Virus record (IMG/VR): IMGVR_UViG_3300042337_000070
Location: 32,001 to 96,000 of that record
Length of the DNA: 64,000 nucleotides
DNA from: a virus
Direction: 5' to 3' (one strand)
A program made the position numbers and the translations under genes. Of this stretch, positions 1-10,103 are shown one piece after another (positions within the stretch are counted from its first letter, which is position 1; each line of letters begins with the position of its first letter). The notes beneath the pieces are model-generated. The model was not told the origin of the DNA and did no database searches. It worked only from the letters and a program-made list of their open reading frames with translations.

Positions 1-172
1 CAATTAGCATGAATCCTTTTTGTGTAAGAATGTCTGCCGTATCTTTATTCATGTTGTAAACGATAAGAGCCTTGTATCCATCGAAACCTGATTGCTCAAT
101 CGAGTTTGCCCAATACTTAATCTTATCCCAGTCGTAATGATCTACGACACCTACAATCAGGTCCTTAGCCAT
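1..172 (-). CDS. Partial CDS (runs off window start), probable glycosyltransferase-like phage protein
   Basis: Manual translation MAKDLIVGVVDHYDWDKIKYWANSIEQSGFDGYKALIVYN...; start overlaps the end of the GT2 gene; resembles N-termini of T4-like phage sugar-transferase genes. Confidence 0.55.
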   Translation of the reverse strand, partial: MAKDLIVGVVDHYDWDKIKYWANSIEQSGFDGYKALIVYNMNKDTADILTQKGFMLI

Positions 173-912
173 GGGAACTTACCTCCATAATATGCCTCTT
201 GTGTTTTGTTACCTTCAATAAAGAACTCTTCGGTAACTGAATTAGGATTACCATCTAGACGATAGCAAAGAGTATGCTTGCCGTTCGTATCATAGTTAGC
301 ATGGTCTTTGACTGAATATAAAAACTGTCTATCACCACCCCATCCAGAGTGCCAGAAATGACATGTTCTTTGAATGAACTCTCTCTTGAAACAGAAAGAA
401 GATGTATCGATTAGATAATGCTTACCATGAGGAGAGTGGCGAGATAGAAAGATTTCCCACTTGCCAAGACTCTCACAGTTATCGTCACAAAGATACTCTT
501 TATCAGGTGAAAAAATCTTGCGAAGTGAATAAGAAAAGTCTAGGTTCTTTGCTTCGATAGTCTTGACTAGTGTTTCAACATGGTCGGGTTCATACCAGTT
601 GTCTTCGTCTAGAAAAAGAATGTAATCTGAGTTGATTAGATGTGGATAGGCAGCATAGATACGATGACCATAAAAGTTGCCACCTGTCTTGCCCGTATTT
701 TCTGGCGCTGCAACGAATGTGATTCCATCACTATATGCTACACCTATACCACATGCATCAACAGCATTTTGCCATTTTTCAGGTCCATCTACCACAACAA
801 CATGCTTACACTTGTAAGTCTGTTTCTTTACAGATTCAATAGCGTCTAATAGTTTAGGAGAACCGATTGTAGGTGTGATAACTGTAACTGGTTTTTCAAT
901 CACTAGATTCAT
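157..912 (-). CDS. Glycosyltransferase family 2 (GT-A fold)
   Basis: VTVITPT start, VVVVDG, YILFLDEDNW (DxD) and GGDRQF motifs. Confidence 0.85.
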   Translation of the reverse strand: MNLVIEKPVTVITPTIGSPKLLDAIESVKKQTYKCKHVVVVDGPEKWQNAVDACGIGVAYSDGITFVAAPENTGKTGGNFYGHRIYAAYPHLINSDYILFLDEDNWYEPDHVETLVKTIEAKNLDFSYSLRKIFSPDKEYLCDDNCESLGKWEIFLSRHSPHGKHYLIDTSSFCFKREFIQRTCHFWHSGWGGDRQFLYSVKDHANYDTNGKHTLCYRLDGNPNSVTEEFFIEGNKTQEAYYGGKFPWLRT

Positions 913-931
913 AATAACCTCATTTGTAAAT

Positions 932-951
932 GGGGAGGGTTACCCCTCCCC
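932..951 (-). terminator. Putative intrinsic terminator after hsp20
   Basis: Minus strand GGGGAGGG-GTAA-CCCTCCCC followed by ATTT; a second hairpin (AACCTTC...GAAGGTT) lies just upstream. Confidence 0.6.
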
Positions 952-995
952 GATAAACCTTCTGGTGCGCCTAAGCGTGAAGGTTCTGATTATTC

Positions 996-1544
996 TTATT
1001 TAGGTGACATACTATCTGCGATCTTCTGTGCCATTGAACCCCAGTTCTTAGCACTTTCGTTCAATAGTTGCTTTGTCGTTTCCTGAACACCAAATGGATC
1101 TAAGATATCAATCTTCTTAGTTTTCTTCTCCTCAGGAACAAAGCGTTCAAGGAAGATTTTGAGCATACCGTTGGCGAGTTCAGCATTCTTCACTTCCACT
1201 GTATCTGCAATGGTGAACTTCCGAGTGAATGCTCGATTGGCAATACCCTTATGAAGGTAGTCGCCTTCTTCGGTTTCGGTACTGCCTGTGATTGTTAGAA
1301 CATCGCTCTTTAGTTCAATATCAAGATTATGCTTGCCGAAACCAGCAACAGCCATCTCGATCACATAATGTTCATCATCAATCTTCTTTACATTGTAAGG
1401 AGGGTATGCTGGAATCTTTGGTAGGTAATCATTTGCTTCTGCGATGCGTTGGAGCACCTGTTCAAATCCAATAGCACCCTTTGAGATATCATTAGCAAAG
1501 GTGAATGGATCAAACCAGAACTTATCTGTATTCTTGTTAGTCAT
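996..1544 (-). CDS. hsp20: Small heat shock protein (Hsp20/IbpA-like)
   Basis: YPPYNV, IEMAVAGF, YLHKGIANRAF, ANGML and IDI motifs; start moved to MTNKN (1544) after SD AGGAG. Confidence 0.93.
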   Translation of the reverse strand: MTNKNTDKFWFDPFTFANDISKGAIGFEQVLQRIAEANDYLPKIPAYPPYNVKKIDDEHYVIEMAVAGFGKHNLDIELKSDVLTITGSTETEEGDYLHKGIANRAFTRKFTIADTVEVKNAELANGMLKIFLERFVPEEKKTKKIDILDPFGVQETTKQLLNESAKNWGSMAQKIADSMSPK

Positions 1545-1604
1545 ATGTTTTCTCCTATAGTTAGCGAGAAGTAAAGAGAATGGTACCGTCGTGGCACCAT
1601 TCTC
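1542..1604 (-). promoter_or_regulatory. ROSE-like RNA thermometer in the hsp20 5' UTR
   Basis: 5' hairpin GAGAAUGGUGCC/GGUACCAUUCUC, then UUCUC-G-CU pairing with SD AGGAGAA leaving a bulged G (U(U/C)GCU ROSE signature). Confidence 0.75.
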
Positions 1605-1608
1605 AAAC

Positions 1609-1638
1609 ATTATATAGTAAACTTCACAGGTTTGTCAA
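1609..1638 (-). promoter_or_regulatory. Sigma70-type promoter for hsp20
   Basis: TTGACA-18bp-TATAAT. Confidence 0.7.
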
Positions 1639-1641
1639 GCG

Positions 1642-3840
1642 TTAATAATTTGTTCCGCCTGTGTTAAGAGTTGTGTCCGTTAAAGTACCTTTTGTCATTC
1701 GTGTGATACCTGTGTTATTTCTCGAATAGTAATCAGCTATTACGGTTGTATAACCCGCACGACCATCCATATTCTGTATGTTTCCTACGAAACCGTTGTT
1801 GTTGCCACCATACAGATAAACACAATTGAACATTTCTTGATTACTGGATCCTTTTGCACAAGCAGTATTTGTTATCGAAAAGTTTTTAACGCTTCCTGCC
1901 ACAATTCCATAATTTCCGCCAATAAAACTGTTATCATGTATATTAATTCCCATAGAAACACTATAAAAACCAGGATTTAGATAAAATGGCGGGCCTTGCA
2001 AAAAATCAATATAATTTTTAGCATCATAATTCCTTAATATAATACCAACAGTAAACAGGTTAAGACTGTTGGAATCAGACCAAGACACTGCTTGAAAATT
2101 TGCACATACGTTATCATGTATAAAGGTCATATAATAGTATCCTGTCGGATTAGTTATATCCATACATGAAGTTACACGAAAATTTTGATGTTTTGGATTT
2201 ATTGGTTCTACCTGTCCACCAGTAGGAACATTGTTAAAGATATTATCATGTATAAAAACCAAATATGTTCTATCTACCTTAACGCTTGTGGTCCAGGCGT
2301 TAGCATGACTATGAGCAAGAGTAAATAACATTCCTTGATCGTCACTAGGAGCATAGTTGTAACAAATATCACAATCGATCACAACAGAACTATCCACAAC
2401 AAACCCCTGGAATAGTTTACCAGTCAAATACATTCCTTGTTCAATATGCTCCATATTCATACCAGAGAAAATTCCCGTAGTAGTAACGCTGCCGTTTGTA
2501 CCTCTGAGAACTAGTCCTTTGATTCCTGTGCTTGTTGTATTTCTTCCAAGACCACCATATCCCCACGCACCGTTACACTTCGAGTCTTTGAACTGAAAAT
2601 AGTTCATGTTCTCAAAATTCCAGCATATTAGTGATCCCATGGCCTGTGTAACAGGTTGAACGTTTACGTTACTACCATAAAAATCAGGGTCGCTAGAAAG
2701 ATATCCAGAACCGTAAACAGGAGTAACAACGCTCAAAGCAGGATAGTTCATTATCAGTTTAAGAGGTACGATGTTAAAGTCTTTCAACACCGTTATGCCT
2801 TGTGGTTGCACCTTTGTAGTAGTATCTACACCATTTTTATAAACTGGTACTGCCATCAATACTTTAATGCCCGCAGGCGCAGTTTTTCCAGAAGAAAAAG
2901 TGATATTAAAAGTTGCACCTGAACCGCTTGACCCTCTTAGAGATGTGCCATGAGTCATCGGATTAGTTGGGGCAACAGTATATGCACCTCTATTCCAAAG
3001 TTCTGCGGCGCCGATTGGTCCTTTTGCCGGAGGGTCAATATAAACGCTAGGTGCAGCGGTGCATCCTGTTCCTGCGTATTCTAAAGTAATACTACTAACT
3101 GCGGTGGTAGTGGAATTGACCACCGCACGAGCTTTAATATTTTTACATCCGTTACTAGCAGCAACATAAACACCGGGAGGTTCAATAGAAGAATAACCGG
3201 ATCCTCCGTTCACTATAGTAAACCCAGATATACCTGGTTGTCCGGTGGTATAATTGGCAGTAGCAGTTGCATTGTTCGACAGTCTTGTAACATGAATTAC
3301 GCAACCCACATTGTCAGAAGTTAATGTTCCTCCTGCACAAGGCAATTCATCATTCATCGTGTAATTTGAACCGCCATTGACAACAGTTACAGTATTATCA
3401 GCACTTATTACGTTATTGGGAGGGTTCAATCTAAAGACACAACGGTTGCTGTTTCCATCCAACTTAAATCCAGTTGTAGAAACGTTGACTGTAATAACTC
3501 TAGTGATCGTATATACGTTGGTACATACTAATTGGCGGCCAGAATTAAGCCAGTTTTCAATAGCAGTCGAACTATCGGTACCAGTTCCATTTACAGAAGT
3601 ATCAGCAACAGCTCCATAATCTTCTGGTGATGCCAAGTTAGCAACTTTTGATGTTGGTATGTTCCAAATACCACCTGATGTGATTGTACCTAGATTGTAT
3701 TGACTACCTCCGATAACAACACCGAAAGCAGGAGGGTTTACTGTTTTATCAAGACCCCATGGTAGAGGACTATAAGCTCCTGCTTGAACTTGTGCTATTG
3801 AACTTAACAATAGCAGTAATGCAATTAATAATTTTTTCAT
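1642..3840 (-). CDS. Signal-peptide-bearing beta-helix (pectate-lyase-like/tailspike-like) protein
   Basis: N-terminal MKKLLIALLLLLSSIAQVQA; SPEDYGAVAD...TDSSTAIENWL tailspike-type motif; repeated IHDN beta-helix turns; NGGSGY fibre modules. Confidence 0.6.
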   Translation of the reverse strand: MKKLLIALLLLLSSIAQVQAGAYSPLPWGLDKTVNPPAFGVVIGGSQYNLGTITSGGIWNIPTSKVANLASPEDYGAVADTSVNGTGTDSSTAIENWLNSGRQLVCTNVYTITRVITVNVSTTGFKLDGNSNRCVFRLNPPNNVISADNTVTVVNGGSNYTMNDELPCAGGTLTSDNVGCVIHVTRLSNNATATANYTTGQPGISGFTIVNGGSGYSSIEPPGVYVAASNGCKNIKARAVVNSTTTAVSSITLEYAGTGCTAAPSVYIDPPAKGPIGAAELWNRGAYTVAPTNPMTHGTSLRGSSGSGATFNITFSSGKTAPAGIKVLMAVPVYKNGVDTTTKVQPQGITVLKDFNIVPLKLIMNYPALSVVTPVYGSGYLSSDPDFYGSNVNVQPVTQAMGSLICWNFENMNYFQFKDSKCNGAWGYGGLGRNTTSTGIKGLVLRGTNGSVTTTGIFSGMNMEHIEQGMYLTGKLFQGFVVDSSVVIDCDICYNYAPSDDQGMLFTLAHSHANAWTTSVKVDRTYLVFIHDNIFNNVPTGGQVEPINPKHQNFRVTSCMDITNPTGYYYMTFIHDNVCANFQAVSWSDSNSLNLFTVGIILRNYDAKNYIDFLQGPPFYLNPGFYSVSMGINIHDNSFIGGNYGIVAGSVKNFSITNTACAKGSSNQEMFNCVYLYGGNNNGFVGNIQNMDGRAGYTTVIADYYSRNNTGITRMTKGTLTDTTLNTGGTNY

Positions 3841-3851
3841 AGTTACCCCTT

Positions 3852-6800
3852 TTAATAACTATATATAGCGGTGACCACGTCACCAGGATTCACACTCCAA
3901 ACAGATGCGCCATTCCAAGTTATTGTCGTTCCCGACACTGAGAAAGGTGATGGCGAATCTGCCGGAGTGAAACACGTACCATTGACAATGAGCATGAACA
4001 TTTGTCCAGAATAGGTACTAGTCAAAGCAGGGAAAGTATTGATTACTGAAATTGTCATTGACTGCATTCTGATTCTGCTAACAAATGAATTGATGTTTCC
4101 TGAATGAATAAGAGTAGACGGGGATCCACAAGCAGATATATCAAGAGTAACACCACGGAACGGGGATGCTCCTTCGAATATACGAAGAGAGTTTGTGATA
4201 TTATCAATGATGATATTACCAGCCAACGTTGAGTTGGTGGCCTTTTCAACATAAAACTCACCACCTTCATTTGCATTGTCTTGCTTACGAACTGTGAAAC
4301 CTGAAGGAACACTTACTGTTCCTGCGAAAGTTGCAGAATTTAAATTCGATGCTCCTGCCGGATCTAGATAATATGCAGTGGTGATACTATCTACGAAAGA
4401 TGGTGCTCGGAAATCTGTAGAAGCGTGTCCGATACCAGAAATGTCTAGTCGATATGTTGCTCCAGGAACAGTTGTATCACCTTCTCCATAACCAGCACGA
4501 ATACTATGGGCAACGGTTAGTTTACCATCTGTAGAAAGAGACATGGCGCCCTGGGCACTAGTATGAACTTCATCACCCCACCAGAAACCTCTGGTGCTTG
4601 CATTGTTCATTTGGAAAGTCATAGCATAGTCATTAGCTATAGCACCAAATGTGAATGGAGAAGTCATACCAATAGTGTAAGAAGACGAGCTCCACACACG
4701 AACTTTATCTCTAGTGTTTACGTTCTGTCCACTTAATAGAGCATAATTAACCTGATTGACAATAGATGTGGCAGCAGGATCAATATAATATGCAGCATCA
4801 TCATTATCGTAATATCTTGATGCATATACATTAGGTGCGGTGATATTACCAACAGTGTTAAGAGTGCCACCTGCTGTCATACCATTGGTATTCAAGTTAA
4901 TGACAAGAGGCCACTGACCGTTTACTTGCGACCATGTTTCTGTATCACCTGTTCCTCTAAGAACATAGAATGTATTACCATTAACATGAATCATTGCAGA
5001 ATTGGATGATCCGTCATTATCACGCAAGTAGATTGTTGGTGATATGCCTCTTAGAACAAAATCATTTCCTGTCCAACGGACCGCAACGTCATCTGACTTA
5101 TAGAAGATAGGCGATCTACAAGAACCAGTAACAGTTGTATAACCTCCGGTACCACCTGCTAGAGTTAGTGTTACACCTGTGTCATTGTAAATTCCACCTC
5201 TTGCTTGTATTTGATTCTGGAAGTATGGTGTACCGCCAGATACATATAGACCATTTGGAATTGTGATATAGGATGATCCTGATGTAATAGTTGGATTAGC
5301 AGGTGATAGAGTTAAATTGCCAGGTATCGTAGTATTACCACTACCATCTAGTAGTGTTAATGTTCTAGTAACAGTAGCAAATGCCCCTGTGTATTGTCTG
5401 AAATAGATTGGTTCGGTTCCATTGTCGGCCGTCGCTATTTCTAACCATCCTGCGTCAGTAGCATCTGCTCCTATTCTAATTCTACAAGAATCATTATCTG
5501 CCATAAATCCAGAAACTAAATTAGTTCCGGTGGTTCCCGTTACTGTTGCTGTAACAGACCCGGCAGAACCAGTTGTGTTCTGATTAAGAGTTGGGAAGGT
5601 ACAGTTTGATAGGTTGCCACTTGTAGGTGTTCCTAGAATTGGTGTAACCAATGTAGGACTATTAGAAAGAACAACGCTACCAGAACCAGTGCTTGTTGAG
5701 ACACCGGTACCACCTCTTATGACTGCCAGTGTTCCTGCGTTCATATTTCCGACGTTTAGATAATATGAACCTTGTTGACCGTCAAGTAAGTCAGCATCTA
5801 GTCCTGATGCAGCACCATCGTTACCGGCATGCCAAATTTTATTCCATGCTGTAGTTCCTGAACCATTTGTTGCTCTATAATACAATGCATTAGAATCAAA
5901 GAAACTACCAGCGAACTGCATAGAGAAATAGTTTGAAAGATTACTATGTGTAGATGCTAGTAGATGATACCATGTGGATGTTGTTTCTGGCCATCCATTT
6001 GCAGTTGTAGCATATGCTGTTTCCCAGAAACCAGAATCTACTCTATTGTTAATAGTGTCATCATACGCAACACCAAATCCAGAAGCAGACTGAATAACAC
6101 GCCCTGTTAGAGTTCCTCCAGACAGTGGCAGATAGTTGGCTGATCCAGTTACACCTGTTACTCTACCATAAGCATCAACTGTGATTGCAGAGATACCAGA
6201 AGAATAAGTGGCCTGGCCGGCGCCGACAGTAGATAAAGCTAGTGTTAATGAACCTGTAGTGCCACCTCCAGTCAATCCTGTTCCAGCAGCGACACCAGTA
6301 GTTGCATAAGATCCAATACTTCCTGAATGAATATATGTTTGTGATGTATCTGTATAAAGTCTTCCTCCATACACATAAACATTCTTACCATTCTCAACTA
6401 GACGTAAATGATCGTTGTAGTTGGTACGCATCCAAAAGTTAGATGATCCTGTATCCCAAACACCCCACTGGCCGCCTGTTCCAACGTCGAATGATGATTC
6501 ACCAGAAATACCAATATTGATATTATTGTTCCATGTGATATTACCACTCCACACCTGTCCGGCTAATGTTAGTGTTCCGGTCATTGTTCCACCGGATAGT
6601 GGTAGATATCCGGATCCAGTTGTATAACCGGCAGATCCTGTTACAGATGTTACACGACCATAAGTATCAACTGTAATGGAGGAGATACCACCGGTTCTTG
6701 GGTTTGTGTCAGCAATAACGCCAGAAGCAAGATCAATAACAGGTGTTGTTCCACCGGTTGATGTTATTCTTCCTGATGAACCTGTAACTGTGGCAACTTT

Positions 6801-9800
6801 TGTATCAGCACGGCTGTTGGCACTATTTGCCATAACTCCTGCATAGTTATTTGCTGCTGTGGTAGATGTGTTAGTATATGCTCTAGAGGTTACTAGATTA
6901 GATGCTACAATCGATTCGGCATATCCATTGGCAGAGTTAGCCATAAATCCTGCACGGTTATTTGCTGCTGTGGTTGATGTATCAGTATATGATCTAGCTG
7001 TAGTCAAATTAGCTGCTACAATCGTGCTTGCTATACTATTAGATGCATTTGCCATAACTCCTGCATAGTTATTGGCTGCTGTGGTAGATGTGTTAGTGTA
7101 TGCTCTTGATGTAACAAGATTGGATGCTACAATCGATTCGGCATATCCATTGGCACTATTGGACATAAAACCAGAATAGTTATTGGCTGCTGTGGTGGAT
7201 GTATTGGTATAATCTCTGGATATTACTAAGTTGGATGCTACAATAGATGCGGCAATACCATTAGCAGAATTTGCCATCACACCAGCATAGTTATTAGATG
7301 CCGCAGTAGATGTGTTAGTATATGCTCTAGAGGTTACTAAGTTAGCAGCAACAATGGATGCGGCAATACCATTAGCAGCATTTGCCATCACACCAGCATA
7401 TCCATTGGCAGAGTTAGCCATAGCACCGGCATAGTTATTTGCAGCCGTCAAGTCTGGGCTTAGTGATGAAGCATAGGCATTAGCAGAATTTGCCATAACA
7501 CCCGCATAGTTATTTGCGGATATACCTACTGTTGCTGCATAAGCATTAGCAGCATTTGCCATTACACCGGCATAATTGTTTGCTGATATTACACTTGCAC
7601 CCCCTCCAAGAGAAAGAGCATAGGCATTAGCAGCATTTGCCATGGCACCAGCATAGTTGTTGGCTGATGTTAGTCCTGTTGCTAACGTTGTTTGAGTAGC
7701 AAATGTAGCAGATACCCAGGAATTACCTGAGTTAGCCATAAATCCGGAATAGTTGTTAGCTGATGTTAGTCCTGTTGATACCAAAGACTGTGTAGCATAT
7801 GTAGCGGCCGCATAACCATTGGATGAGTTAGCCATAACACCTGCATAGTTATTTGCAGAAGTGGCGTTGAAAGCAACAGTAGTGATTGTAGCAAATGTGG
7901 CAGACGCCCAAGAATTACCTGAGTTAGCCATAAATCCAGAATAGTTGTTGGCTGCTATTACCGATGTATTAACGTATCCTCTAACACCAGAGTCGGCAGT
8001 AGCAAATGCACCATTAACAGAATTTGCCATTACACCAGCATAGTTATTGGATGCTATTACCGAGACGTTAGTGTATTCTCTAGCAATAACTAGATTGGCA
8101 GCCACTATAGTAGCAGCAATACCGTTGGCACTATTAGCCATAAATCCAGAATAGTTATTTGCTGCTTCGGTAGATGTGTTAACATACAATCTTGCGGCCG
8201 CAACCGTGGATTCTATATTAGCATTAGCAGCATTTGCCATTACACCGGCATAATTGTTCGCTGCTACTGTAGCACTATTGGTGTATGCTCTAGCAGTTAT
8301 TAAGTTGGCTGCAACAATAGATGCGGCGATGGCGTTTGCACTATTCGCCATGAAACCTGCACGATTATTGGCCGCCGCCGTAGATGTATTAGTATATTCT
8401 CTAGAAATAACTAAATTAGCTGCTACAATCGATTCAGCATATCCGTTGCTACTGTTAGACATAACACCGGCATATACGTTAGCAGATATAGTAGCACTAT
8501 TGGTGTATGCTCTAGAGGTTACTAGATTAGATGCTACAATCGATTCAGCATATCCATTAGCACTATTCACCATTACACCTGCACGGTTATTAGCAGATAT
8601 AGTAGCACTATTAGTATATGCTCTAGCAGTTGTTAGGTTTGATGCTACAATGGATTCAGCATATCCATTGGCAGAGTTAGCCATCACACCAGCATATCCG
8701 TTGCTGCTATTGGCCATAACACCAGCATATGCGTTTGCAGAAATTTCTAAAGTGTTTGCTTTTTCAAATGCTGCAATCGTTTTGATATCTGTGTTAAAAG
8801 CAAATACGTTCGCTGAGTTTGCTTTGTTAAAGGCAGCGTTAGTTACGTCATATACAGCATTGATGAGACTCAAATTGTTTTGTAGATTGGCGATGTTTGC
8901 TGATGAGTTACCGCTTAGAATCTGAACCAATGAATAAGCATCATTTGCTTTATCAAATGCCGCTTCGGTAAATGTTATGGTTGAATATGTCGCAACAGTA
9001 TATGAGTTTACTGCATTAGACATAAATCCGGAGTATGCATTTGCCGCTACTGTAGATGTATTAACATACTGTCTTAGAGTTGTTATTGATGATGTTAAAC
9101 TAACATTCACAGCATTAGCCATAGCACCGGCATAGTTATTGGCTGCCACTGTAGCACTATTAGTATATGCTCTGGCAGTTGTTAGATTAGATGCAACAAT
9201 GGACTCGGTATACAAGTTACCGCTATTAGCCATGAAACCAGCATAGTTATTCGCTGATATGGTAGCACTATTGGTGTATGCTCTAGCAGTTATTAAGTTG
9301 GCTGCAACAATAGATGAAGCAAATCCATTAGCAGCATTTGCCATGGCACCAGCATAGTTATTGGCTGCTATACCTGTTTCATGAGCAAGAGAATTTGCTG
9401 CATTGGCTTTTGCAAATGCTGCTGTTGTGTTAGTAGCGGTACCAGCGTAGAATGCCAAATCATAAGCACTGGCTGCTAATGTGTATCCTGAGTTGGCTTT
9501 ATCAAATGCGGCATTTGCCGTATTAAATACAGGTGAAAAATCGACAGAGATAACAACATTATTTGCTTTGTTAAAGGCGGCGTTAGCAATGACACCGGCG
9601 GCATTTGCACTGTTATGAACATTATTAGAAGAGTTGAAAGAAGCAACTGCTAAATCATAAGCAACATTCGCTTTTGAAAAAGATGCAGTTATGATTGTCG
9701 TTAACCCATTAGCAAATCCGAATGATGCGTTAGCAACACCAAAAGATGCATTAGTAACAGTGTATGAGGAGTTAGTAACTGTATAGACTACGTTTACTAC

Positions 9801-10103
9801 GTCATATACAGCATTCGTATTGTTTGCTGCCGAATTAGCCACAAGATATGCAGCATTTGCTTTGTTAAACGGTGCTGATATATCAACGATAGCATTTGCA
9901 ACAGAGATAGCAGGTGCAGTTAGTGTTCCTGCCGCATCGACACTGAATATGGTATTACCATTGACCATAAGTTTGAAAACTTTTGAGGCCGGGTCATAAT
10001 TTGTAGCGGTGACACTCAAACCTAATCCAGTGTAAACTCTAGTATCTTCGGTCCATGTTGAAGTTAGATTAGCAATACTTACGTTGCTTATGACATTACT
10101 CAT
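3852..10103 (-). CDS. Giant tail fibre/adhesin (2083 aa) with long repetitive coiled-coil stalk
   Basis: Ala/Asn repeats; YLPLSGGT, ITVDTYGRVT, SGLDADLLDG and YYxDP fibre motifs. Confidence 0.8.
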   Translation of the reverse strand: MSNVISNVSIANLTSTWTEDTRVYTGLGLSVTATNYDPASKVFKLMVNGNTIFSVDAAGTLTAPAISVANAIVDISAPFNKANAAYLVANSAANNTNAVYDVVNVVYTVTNSSYTVTNASFGVANASFGFANGLTTIITASFSKANVAYDLAVASFNSSNNVHNSANAAGVIANAAFNKANNVVISVDFSPVFNTANAAFDKANSGYTLAASAYDLAFYAGTATNTTAAFAKANAANSLAHETGIAANNYAGAMANAANGFASSIVAANLITARAYTNSATISANNYAGFMANSGNLYTESIVASNLTTARAYTNSATVAANNYAGAMANAVNVSLTSSITTLRQYVNTSTVAANAYSGFMSNAVNSYTVATYSTITFTEAAFDKANDAYSLVQILSGNSSANIANLQNNLSLINAVYDVTNAAFNKANSANVFAFNTDIKTIAAFEKANTLEISANAYAGVMANSSNGYAGVMANSANGYAESIVASNLTTARAYTNSATISANNRAGVMVNSANGYAESIVASNLVTSRAYTNSATISANVYAGVMSNSSNGYAESIVAANLVISREYTNTSTAAANNRAGFMANSANAIAASIVAANLITARAYTNSATVAANNYAGVMANAANANIESTVAAARLYVNTSTEAANNYSGFMANSANGIAATIVAANLVIAREYTNVSVIASNNYAGVMANSVNGAFATADSGVRGYVNTSVIAANNYSGFMANSGNSWASATFATITTVAFNATSANNYAGVMANSSNGYAAATYATQSLVSTGLTSANNYSGFMANSGNSWVSATFATQTTLATGLTSANNYAGAMANAANAYALSLGGGASVISANNYAGVMANAANAYAATVGISANNYAGVMANSANAYASSLSPDLTAANNYAGAMANSANGYAGVMANAANGIAASIVAANLVTSRAYTNTSTAASNNYAGVMANSANGIAASIVASNLVISRDYTNTSTTAANNYSGFMSNSANGYAESIVASNLVTSRAYTNTSTTAANNYAGVMANASNSIASTIVAANLTTARSYTDTSTTAANNRAGFMANSANGYAESIVASNLVTSRAYTNTSTTAANNYAGVMANSANSRADTKVATVTGSSGRITSTGGTTPVIDLASGVIADTNPRTGGISSITVDTYGRVTSVTGSAGYTTGSGYLPLSGGTMTGTLTLAGQVWSGNITWNNNINIGISGESSFDVGTGGQWGVWDTGSSNFWMRTNYNDHLRLVENGKNVYVYGGRLYTDTSQTYIHSGSIGSYATTGVAAGTGLTGGGTTGSLTLALSTVGAGQATYSSGISAITVDAYGRVTGVTGSANYLPLSGGTLTGRVIQSASGFGVAYDDTINNRVDSGFWETAYATTANGWPETTSTWYHLLASTHSNLSNYFSMQFAGSFFDSNALYYRATNGSGTTAWNKIWHAGNDGAASGLDADLLDGQQGSYYLNVGNMNAGTLAVIRGGTGVSTSTGSGSVVLSNSPTLVTPILGTPTSGNLSNCTFPTLNQNTTGSAGSVTATVTGTTGTNLVSGFMADNDSCRIRIGADATDAGWLEIATADNGTEPIYFRQYTGAFATVTRTLTLLDGSGNTTIPGNLTLSPANPTITSGSSYITIPNGLYVSGGTPYFQNQIQARGGIYNDTGVTLTLAGGTGGYTTVTGSCRSPIFYKSDDVAVRWTGNDFVLRGISPTIYLRDNDGSSNSAMIHVNGNTFYVLRGTGDTETWSQVNGQWPLVINLNTNGMTAGGTLNTVGNITAPNVYASRYYDNDDAAYYIDPAATSIVNQVNYALLSGQNVNTRDKVRVWSSSSYTIGMTSPFTFGAIANDYAMTFQMNNASTRGFWWGDEVHTSAQGAMSLSTDGKLTVAHSIRAGYGEGDTTVPGATYRLDISGIGHASTDFRAPSFVDSITTAYYLDPAGASNLNSATFAGTVSVPSGFTVRKQDNANEGGEFYVEKATNSTLAGNIIIDNITNSLRIFEGASPFRGVTLDISACGSPSTLIHSGNINSFVSRIRMQSMTISVINTFPALTSTYSGQMFMLIVNGTCFTPADSPSPFSVSGTTITWNGASVWSVNPGDVVTAIYSY
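6820..9370 (-). repeat. Intragenic tandem repeat, about 111 nt / 37 aa with 26 aa and 11 aa variants
   Basis: More than 20 copies of the ANN(Y/R)(A/S)G(V/F/A)MANS/A core; full unit ANNYAGVMANSANGYAESIVASNLVTSRAYTNTSTTA. Confidence 0.9.

Noticed and set aside
8254-8925. 223-aa plus-strand ORF and the many other plus-strand or nested ORFs in the track
   Set aside because: Antisense or frame shadows of well-supported minus-strand genes, with no SD or recognisable motifs
6820-9370. Regular DNA repeats resembling a CRISPR array
   Set aside because: The repeats are in-frame coding units varying mostly at synonymous positions, with no unique spacers and no cas genes
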